Source: the human T2T-CHM13v2.0 reference genome, Homo sapiens. Taken from it: DNA of 64,000 nt. Below are positions 49,009 through 64,000 of the stretch, one piece after another. Each line of letters opens with the position of its first letter. The stretch's first letter is position 1. The stretch is taken from NCBI RefSeq assembly GCF_009914755.1, contig NC_060938.1. One strand, 5' to 3'. The position numbers were made by a program, and so were the translations under genes. The notes beneath the pieces were generated by a model. It saw nothing but the letters and a program-made list of their open reading frames with translations. It made no database searches and was not told the DNA's origin.

Positions 49009-50069
49009 CAGAGAGAGAGCGCTTCACTGCAATGTGCAAGGCATGCTACCAGAGGTATGCACAAGTGCCATGGGATTATGGAGGGTCAGGGAGTGTATCT
49101 AGGAGGGGGTAGCACATGAGCTGAGTCCTAAAGGATGAATTTCAATCAAGGGAAAGAGGGGTAAAGAAGTTCAGGGTAGAAGAGACAGCAAATATGAAGG
49201 CCTGGGTCCAGAAAAACATAAAACAAAAATATGGCATTATCATATTACTAATAGCTAGTATTTACTGAATACTTACTAAGTGTCAAATAATGTGTTGCTG
49301 CTTTATAAGCATTTTAAATTTAATCCTCACTATAACCCTACTGGCAAGAATTATTTCCCCCGTGTTCCATGGGAGGAAACTGAGGCCCAGAGAGGTTAAG
49401 TGCCTGGAGAGGTACTGGCCCAATCATGTAGAACTAGAATAGCATGCTAAGGAGTTTAAGCTTCATTTAGTACAAAGTGGAAGGGCAATAAGGAATTTGA
49501 AACAGAATGATGTGAGTCAATGACAATTCAGAAAGATGACGCTACCAGTACTATGAAGACAGACTATAGAGAGAGAACCCTAGAGATAAGGAGGTGGGTT
49601 GGGACACTATTCCAGTACTCCAGGTAAGAAAGGAGAAGGGCCTTCAGTATAGAGAGAAGGTGACAGATTTTATTTAATTAAAATAATTTTAAATTTTATT
49701 TAATTTTATTAAGGTTTATTAAATTGTATTTAATTAAATAATTTTATGTAATTACAAAAAAGTTTAGTAACCCATGAACTGAAGAGTTTGAGGGATTTTA
49801 AGGAGGTAGAGTCTACAGGACAAAACCAAAAAGTAAATGCCCACAGAGATCAAGTGAGAAACATACTGAGTCTACTGGACCAGCACAAGCCATACACAGC
49901 AAACTAGAAAAGATGGCCTGTGTTATAGGAAAAGCCAATGACTGCCATGGCACTCCAGGTTTTCAGATCATCCAGTTTTTCAAGAGAAGGTAGACATTTT
50001 AACTTTCATTTGAAATCTCTTAATTTTTAAATCTTTACAACCAATCCCAACATTTGAAAAACTATCTCA

Positions 50070-50372
<303 letters not shown>

Positions 50373-50780
50373 CTATCTCAAGGAAAAACAAAACACACCT
50401 ATAGAACCAAGTTCTTCTGGGCCAACAATTTTGCCCTCTCCACAGGACAGAAAGAAAGCTGACTAACATCACATAGAATGACTGCTGGGTAGCACTGAGA
50501 TCTCAGCTAAGATAATGAACCACACATTTCTAGCGGTACAACCTAGCAGCCAGGATGCAGAAGAAAAGAAAAGGCACATGCATGAACTGATCGGAGCTTG
50601 GGGTTCTGCAACTGAGTGGTTTGGAAAGATAAAAGGGTTAAAGAATCATGCTATATACTTTACAAACATAATCTTTAATCTTCTCAGCAACTCCACGGAA
50701 ACTGGTCTTGTTATTCCTGTTTTACTGATGAGGAAACTTAGTAACTTGTCCATTATAGCAGTTAATAAATAAATCGTGTT

Positions 50781-52360
<1,580 letters not shown>

Positions 52361-54174
52361 ACCTTAGAACCCTGGATACACACATATCAGTCAAAAAGGT
52401 CTGAGAACTAACCAAATCACAAAGTAATGTGTAGTCATCAGTGTGATGCCTCTCTTCCTTTCTTCAGAATCAGTTGACCCACAAAGATACTCACTTCCCC
52501 AAGATTCTCACTTTATAAAGCATAAAGACAAAATTTAAGAGCAAAGAAGAAGTTCAAAAAGGTAGACAGCAGGAATAACAGATTTTTCACATTCCAAGCC
52601 AATCTAGAGACCCTAATTTGGATTTGGACTTTCCTCCTAAGAATAAAGTTGCAGACAACATTGAACTTGGGTAACATAACTTTCCAGATTTGCTCATTGC
52701 ATTGGCTTAATTCTGAAGGAAGAAGGCTAATAATTACAGGTTGCTGAAACTGTCTAAATGTAAGTGAAACTGGTAGAGGACAGCCTGGAATAAGCATCAA
52801 GGTGAAAGTACTGAAAAGAGTCATCACAGATTTCATCATCTCCATGCTAAGGCAAGGAAAGAGACTAAGTCATTGGCCTAGGACAAACAACTGAATTTAA
52901 CAGTGTTTGCAGGATTTGCACACATTTGCCCAACCACCTTATTTCCTGGAAGAAGAGATTATAATCTCTTAATTTTCCTCCAAGATATGAACAGTGTCCT
53001 TCAAAAACTTTTTTTTATTTTAACTTAAGGAGAGGAGTCTCTCTACATCATAAAGGAGCTTAAATGCACGTCATAAAATTCTTAAGTCATTGCTAAAAGT
53101 ACCTTACAAAATGAATTAAGAAATCTGCTATGTTTTTCTGAAAGACTTCAGGAAAATCACATCTCCAGCTGGTACTCCAAAGGGGTAAATACTATTTAAA
53201 TTGTCCTCTACCACATTGTACTGAGGAACTGCAATCACAGAAGAACCATTTGCATTGTCTCTTCTCTCTATGACATCCGAAGATTATTAAAGACTCATTT
53301 TAAGGCAAAAACTGAAATTCATTTCAAGAGGCTGAAGGCAAAGGGCCCGCCACTGCAGCCTGCACCTTTTATCAACATGAAATTTACCTCCCAGAAATAG
53401 TGTGTGATGATGCTGGAAGTTCCCCCAAGGCCTCCACATGTCTACACTCCCTATAACCTTCAGATGACACAACTACATGAGGGAATTTATCTGGATATTT
53501 GGAAATCCAGGCAGGCAACCTGACAACTGAACTTTCAGGTGGGGCTCACTCATATGGCCTGTTTGGGCATTCTAAAACATCTCACGATTTTTCTGAAAAT
53601 CAGTAGGTTTCCTATCTAGTTCATATAACTTTGTAGTTATTTAGGAGCCAAGTCATTAGTCTTAAAGAAAAACAAAACAAAACAAAAATCACATCTCCCA
53701 ACCCCAATATCATTACATAAACCAGGTAGCTAAAATTAGGGAATAGGAAACTGGGCCAAACTCAATGACTAACCAGAGCCAGCAAAGTCTAATAGGCTAA
53801 AAAAATAAAATGATAGCTTAATTTCCTTTCATTAAAATGTTCTAATTACAGATCACCTTAAAAGGTCATCTGGTTTCTCAAGAAGTGAGAGGTTTTTTTT
53901 TTCTTCTTAAATTGTCCTAGAGAACCACCTTGGTGAATCAATAACTGCTACTTTTACCTACTATAATAGCAAGACCTTAAAAGGATTCTTTTCTTTCCTT
54001 TTAACAATAAATACTTATAATAGTGATAATAAAGTTCTTTAATTAAACAAAGGTAATACCAAGCTATAAAATTTGCCCATATGACATCAAGGAATAGGAA
54101 GTAATAAAGATTTGTTTCTAGATATCACCTTCTGAAGAAAAGCAAAACAAAGTTCACAACTTAAAAAGTAGGGG

Positions 54175-54681
<507 letters not shown>

Positions 54682-55289
54682 TCAAAATAAAACTTCAAAA
54701 GGATCTATAAGTAGCTTAGGTCAATAAGGCAATTAGGAATAAAATGGAATAGAGTTCACCTGAGGGAAGAAAAAAGTCTTATCAAGAACCTAAATTGAGC
54801 AAATGATATCTGTAAAATAAATTTGGTTCTAAGTTTTCTGGAAGCCAAAATTAAAAGACTAAAGAGACATCATTTGTTTTCTGATGAAAGCTCACAAATT
54901 TATCTAAGGGACAATTTTCCTGGAAGTAACCACGAACAACAATTTATCAGGAAGATCCTCGTAAAAGGACTGTAACTAACAGACTCTTCATTTTCAACCA
55001 TCATCTTGCTAAAGATACAAGTACAGTTCAAATGAGTTCTTTTAGTGACCCTCCCTAACAATGAATGACCTGATCTAATGCAGAGGTGAGACCTGGTTCT
55101 CTGCCCTGCCCCTAAGCACTACATTTCTCCCCATCCTAGCCCACTCCTGCTGCTCACAGAATTCCACCCTTACTCTAAAGTTGCAGGAAGGACGGGACTA
55201 CTTTTGGCCACTTGCTAGCACAACTGCATTTAAAAAAAAAAAAAAAGGTACCAGAAAAAGATGCCTTAAAAATAACACTATCCACCCAG

Positions 55290-56362
55290 ACTTAATTCCC
55301 TTCTCCAATAAAAGCAACCAGGGCTCCTTGGAGAAATGATCCTAAGACTGAGGAAGGAAATGTACAAAATGAGCCTGGAGCATCTTATAGTGCCAGAAAG
55401 TAAGAAGTGCTCAAAAACAAAAACCAGAGGTCCGGGGCGGGGTGGGGGGCAGATCATTTAAGGTCAGGAGTTCAAGACCAGCCTGGCCAACATGGAGAAA
55501 CCCCATCTCTACTAAAAATACAAAAATTAGCCAGGCATGGTGGCACCCACCTGTAATTGCAGCTACTCAGGAGGCTGAGGCATGACAATCACTTGAACCC
55601 AGGAGGCAGAGGTTGCAGTGAGAGGAGATTATGCCACTGCACTCCAGCCTGGGTGACAAAGCAAGGCTCTGTCTCAAAACAAACAAACAAACAAAAATGA
55701 AAATCCAAAAAATACAAGAATGCGGGTATGTCAAAGGGACACAGGAACCTAAAGGGCTCCCAATAGCTAAAGCTGAAACAATCAGGGCAACAATTATAGT
55801 ACTGGTTTATAATCCAAAGTACATAGTAAACATCCATGAATCTACACTTACATATAAATGATTGATTAAATAAATAAATAAGGAAGAGAGACAAATCTTC
55901 CGTGAAGATTCTCAAATAATTTATGTAGGCACCCGTAAGGAGTGTGAAGCATAACTCCCCACTCCTTAAGTGTGGGCTACATAAAGTGACTTCCTTCTAA
56001 AGAACACAGAATAGAAAGGGGGAAAAAAGAGTTACTCTGTAGTGGACTGACCAAAACATCATTAAGGGGGAAAAAAGGAAAGAAAAGAATATTGTATAGT
56101 GAAGAAACCTGACAAACACTAATTCATCCAAATGATCAAGGGCAGTATCAACGTGACAAATCATGTTGATATGATGTGATGAAAATGACACTTTATAAGT
56201 GAATCATGGTTTTGACAAGAAAAAAAAAATGACATTTTATCTCTGTGGTCTTCCTCCCCAAAACCCATAACCTCACCTTATCATGAGAAAAACATCTGAC
56301 AAATGCCCAATAGAGGGCAACCTACAAAATACCTGGCCAGGGTCCTCAAAACTCACAAGGTC
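55290..56362 (+). mobile_element. L1MC/L1MD-type 3' region interrupted by an Alu (about 55430-55700)
   Basis: gggctccttggagaaatg...gagcctggagcatcttatagtgccagaaagtaag; ctctgtggtcttcctccccaaaacccataac. Confidence 0.7.
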
Positions 56363-58107
<1,745 letters not shown>

Positions 58108-58531
58108 CATTAACCATATGTTCTAACCTAAGAGTACTAATGGATGGCAAACTAGATAAATTGTGCTATGTTCACTAAATCCAGGGATGATTAGGGCCCA
58201 AATGGCTATTGCATGGAAACAGAGAGAAAGGGGTAGTCAGGTACACTCTCAAGGAAGCAGCAGCAAGATTTAGAAAATGAAAGGATACAAAATGCCTAAG
58301 AAAGCAGATGTTTGATCCTTTTAGCTGATAAAAAGAGAGACAGTAAGGAATCCAAGATGATGCCAGCTTTTCCTGTATGTGGTTTTTAACTTAATAAGGA
58401 ATAAACTACATGAAGAATCCAACATTAGATATGGCGGAAAGAGAGAGAGGATTGAGGTTGCATATATAATTATCTCTACTCTTCATAAGAATTCACAAGT
58501 GAATACTGAGCCAAAGGGTCTATTCCCCTAA

Positions 58532-58910
<379 letters not shown>

Positions 58911-60279
58911 TCAGAAACACTTTCAAAAGGGACCACTGTATCTCAAAAACGAAAAACATAAACTCTGACGGCTTAGGTGCTACATTTAATGGGCATAAAA
59001 TGAATTTAAGCTGATCTTTTAAACAAAAGCATGTACAAAGTCTATCAAATATATTCCTGAAATAAAAGGATCACATCTAGATTTTGCCCAGAACAAAGTC
59101 AAACTTAGCCCACAGGCAGCATTTGGCAACACTAAATTCTTTCAAATTTCTAGTACAGTTCACTGATAGTATAACATAGTACATAAGTATTGCTTAAGCT
59201 AAAATATGATCAAGGAGGCTAGGAGGCTTTTTCTAGAAATGCTGAAAACCAGAAATAGCAAATTTCCAGGCACTGGCATGATAATGGATAGATGCTCTCT
59301 TCCTGCTTCTATCAGCATTTGCTACATTAACTTAACATAGGCAATACGTCATGCTTGACTTGGGGGAGGAGTGGGGGGGTAAGAAAAGGGGAGAAAGAGA
59401 GGGAGGAAAGGAGGGGAACGAGAACGAAAGACCCGTTGCTGCCCTAACAATACTACTGCGGGGGTGAAGCCAGATCAAATGTTTTTTTTCATACTGTTCC
59501 AAAGTTATTTACGGTAAAAACCTCCAGCGTGACCCTTTCATTATGAGCACAAACAAAGTCTTGTTCTTTCTTAACAACTATTCCCTTGATTTCCCACATT
59601 TTATGTTGAACAATGAGGTTGGGAGCACAGGATAAAGCAGATGACATCAACCTCCCTCAAGTCGGAGACTTGTTTGGGAGCCCAAGTTCAGGTCTGTGGC
59701 CAGCTGGCTGATTTCACAGAGGGCTCTACTGTCCAGGCTGCCAGGCTCTATATGCATATGGGGGCAATGGCTCAGGATCAAACTACCAGTCAGCAATTCA
59801 CACAAGAAACAGCATAGAAGTCACTGCACCCCTACTGGGTTACCTTTATATATTTGTTCCACTTTCCTAGAAACCAGACTCAGTCTTCAGAAGTCAGCAT
59901 AAAGATATGGTGTAGCAATTTCAAACTGGAAGCAGCCCCCTTCTCTAGATCAGTTCAAAACAGGGAAGGCTGTAGACAACTGTTTACTGAATAAGAGAGA
60001 TTTAAATGAAGCAATGTATCCTTTAACTTTTATGGAGAAGGACGCAAAGGTCAAGTTATAATTAAAAGCTAGGAACTTTGTATATAATACAAAAAGAAAT
60101 TCGATTTATATTATTAAATGTCAATGTACCAATTAGCCTTCTGTACTGAACCATCTGTTTATTGACCTGTTTCTAACCCAGTGAACAACAGTCACGTTAA
60201 ATTCACGCTGAAAGGGCCATATTTCTCCCTACAGAAAAAGTCTGGCATAAGTAAGGGTTCATGGGATCGTTATTGATAA

Positions 60280-60624
<345 letters not shown>

Positions 60625-62766
60625 GAAGCATCCTATTCTTTCTCCTTGTCAGCACAGAACAGACCTCAGTACAGATACCAGTAATAAAAAAGCTGAAATA
60701 CAGTAATTCCAAACAAAATAATCTGAAAACTATAGCATATATACCATCTTTTCCTTCCTTCCTCCCTCCCCTGCCTCTTCGCCCCTCTGCCTCTCTCTCT
60801 TTTCTCCTCCTCGCCCCCACCCCCACCACTGTCCTTTTCTCCTTCCTCCTCCCTCTCCTCTCTGTCCTCATGCCTGGCCTATAGTATCTTCTCATACAGC
60901 TTTGGGTGAGGGAAAAAAGAAGTTATAAGCCAATAGTTTCCCAACTGCCAAGTTACTTCTTCATAATTTTTAGGCTTAAGTTGTGGTAGGCCTGTGATTC
61001 AAGGCTGAACTCTTTAAGGGATCTGTTTGGCTTTCTTATCTATAAGCTAGTTGGGAAGGACAGAAATCATAACTTGGTATAAGATCCAAATTTTCAGCCA
61101 GGTGCAGGGGTTCATGCCTGTAATCTCAGTGCTGTGGGAGGATCACTTGAGGCCAGGAGTTCGAGGTTGCAGCGAGCTATGATCATGCCACTGCACTCCA
61201 GCCAGAGCAAAATAATAATAAAAATATTACCCAAATTTCTGAGTCCCTACAACAGGCTTTTATTATGGACCTGAAGTAATGGAGGAAACTTCTATATTCA
61301 CTGTAAATGACGAGTTGATACTTCCTGCTTCAATTATGTGCAGCAAAGTCTTTATACCTGACACTAGTTAGCCTGATTTAGCCTCACTTTATGAAATGAG
61401 TAGGGAAGTATGGAATAGACTCAGTTTGGAGATCTTAACACAAAATGCATCTCAATATAGGTCTGAAATAGAAATCTTTGCAGGAGAGGACCACCCATCA
61501 TTTCAATCCATTTATCTCTCTCTGCTTCAGAAAGGCCTCCCCTGACCACTCAAACACCCTTTAACCCATCAGTCACCCCCTACTCCCTAGTGCCTGAACT
61601 TTCATTATAGTGCTTATCACTACCTGAAATTCTATTATTTTAACTTGTTTTTTGTCTTTGTTCCCCACAAGAGCTTGAGGACCTTGTCCCGTTTATCCCC
61701 ATATTCTCAGCCAGGTCTGACACATACTAAATATTACATAAATATTTGTTGAATGAATGAAAGAATCACAAACTACTCATAATTCCTCTCATTAAAATAC
61801 TCCATATCTACTTATTTCAATGACATATAGCATGAGGGGCTCTGAGAAGCAATTCAATTTTCATTCAATACAGAGGAAAGAAAAGAGTACTAACATCTAT
61901 GGAGCACCATAATGGGCCCTGCACAATAAAAACCTCACCCATCTCAATCAGTCCTTCTAACAAGTTTATGAGCTCTACGATTCCCATATTACAGAAACAG
62001 GACCAGAGAAGAAGGGTTAAGTAATCCCTGCAAGACCCACATAACCTTTAAATGGTGGAGCTGCTGGGATCTGAACCAAATCTATCTTACTTCAGATCTA
62101 GTCTCTACCATACCACAAGGCTTCTCAAGAAGACTAAGATGTTTAACTCAGTTATACAACAATGTGTACGTTAAACTAAAGACACAAAGATGAGTAAGAC
62201 ATTAAAGAGTTCACAAAGTAAACACTACACTACATGAAAAGTGCCATGTAAAACAGGATGTAATGGTACTACAGTATCTTTTCATACAACTTTTGGTGAG
62301 GGGGAAAAAAGAAGTTATAAGCCAATGGGACACATAGGGGACACAGAAAGTCAAACATTGATCCAGGTAAAGAGAACATTATATTCAAAGAACTGTAAGG
62401 TGTTCAGTATAGCTAGAGTCAGAGTGGGAGGAAGCAAATAAAGAGAATGGAAGAGGGAAAGATCAGAGATGAGGCAAAGACAGTGCTTGCTCGTCTGTTC
62501 ACTAATTCCTTAGGATAAGGTCCTACTATGTGCCAGGCCTTATTTTAGACAAGCATTGCAATGATGAATGAAACCTAGTCTCTGTTCAAGCAGCTTATAG
62601 TTTATCCCAGGAGATGGGCAAATACACAACTGCAACACAGAGTGGTATATGATAACATAGGTGCATTCACTGGATACTGAGATGTTCCTAGACAGAAAGA
62701 AGGTGAATCAGTCAGATTAACCAAGGCACTATATTCACAGAGACCCTTATAAGAAAGACTGCCTCA

Positions 62767-63081
<315 letters not shown>

Positions 63082-63330
63082 CTAAGCTCAGCTGGCCAGG
63101 TTCTGCACCAGTCTCCAGTTCTCCTCCTACCTCAAATCAAACCACAGCTGCCTAAAGCAGGGGTGGAAATATGACCAAAGACAAGACAATCCATTGGCTG
63201 AACTGAGACCTAGAATGTGGCCTACCATATGAAAAGGAGCTCTGGCACTTAGGAGTTGCACTCCAGAAGCTAAAATGATGCATAGGGAGAATCCTTGAAG
63301 CAGTCGTCAAAATATAAGAAAAAGTGGAAC

Positions 63331-63625
63331 GGCCGGGCGTGGTGGCTCATGCCTGTAATCCCAGCACTTTGGGAGGCAGAGGCGGGCGGATCATGAGGTC
63401 AGGGGATTGAGACCATCCTGGCTAACACGGTGAAATACAAAAAATACAAAAAATACAAAAAATTAGCCGGGCGTGGTGGCGGGCGCCTGTAGTCCCAGCT
63501 ACTTGGGAGGCTGAGGCAGGAGAATGGTGTGAACCCCGGGGAGCAGAGCCTGCAGTGAGCCAAGATTGCACCACCGCACTGCAGCCTGGGTGAAAGCGAG
63601 ACTCCATCTCAACAAAAAAAGAAAA
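63331..63625 (+). mobile_element. AluY-like element
   Basis: AluY diagnostics; aagaaaaagtggaac TSD; triplicated aaatacaaa linker. Confidence 0.88.
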
Positions 63626-63659
63626 AGTGGAACTAAGTGAACGGACACCATGAAAAAGA

Positions 63660-64000
63660 CTGAAAGCCGCTATGGGCTGCATCTGCTCACAAATGTGTTC
63701 TGTGGCTTGCATGGTATATTACATTTTCAAAAATGACACCTAGCTTGTGGTCTCCAAATACCAATCCCCACAAAAAGGAACTAGAATTCCTTAGAGAAAC
63801 AGTTGTTCTGAGGTCAGAGGATAGACATATACAAGATAAGCCTAGAACACTTTGTTGTGCCAGAAAACAAGGATGCTATCAAAACCTAACAGGATTATGT
63901 TGAAAAAATACAGGAGCCAATATGAAGGAACCAAAGGGACAAATTGGGCATAAAGAATGGAAACAACTGCCTAAAACACAATGATTCTAAAAGTTGAAGC
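63660..64000 (+). mobile_element. L1MC/L1MD-type 3' region fragment
   Basis: aaaaggaactagaattccttagagaaa...gtgccagaaaacaagg, similar to the 55.3 kb element. Confidence 0.6.

Noticed and set aside
49667-49760. Very AT-rich quasi-palindromic stretch
   Set aside because: Low-complexity sequence; no long perfect arms

Overview
Human-type (Alu-rich primate) genomic DNA, recognisable from the encoded proteins as the NEK9-TMED10 locus (14q24.3 from general knowledge). Both genes are on the minus strand. NEK9 coding exons 1-12 run from the ATG at 20305 (CpG island) down to the window edge and cover the kinase domain and the start of the RCC1-like repeats. TMED10 (p24delta1/TMP21) exons 2-5 lie at 45532-28270, with a 3' UTR carrying a proximal ATTAAA (27652) and a distal AATAAA (24868). 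TMED10 exon 1 is outside the window. All exon boundaries were read from the sequence, and the GT-AG junctions and phases add up. The rest is mostly Alu (over 50 copies, many nested or inverted), L1, L2, MIR, MaLR LTR and DNA-transposon relics. The most notable non-obvious element is a ~170-bp intron-less HIF1A fragment in NEK9 intron 6. It is fused to a tail-less Alu, and together they carry the splice signals of a candidate poison exon. Other points: a FLAM inserted at the NEK9 exon 11 acceptor, a 7-tract G-quadruplex before TMED10 exon 3, a probable locally templated 56-58 bp insertion, TE-shaped alternative polyadenylation of TMED10, and read-through splicing logic between the two genes. 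Repeat boundaries are approximate and subfamily calls are by eye.
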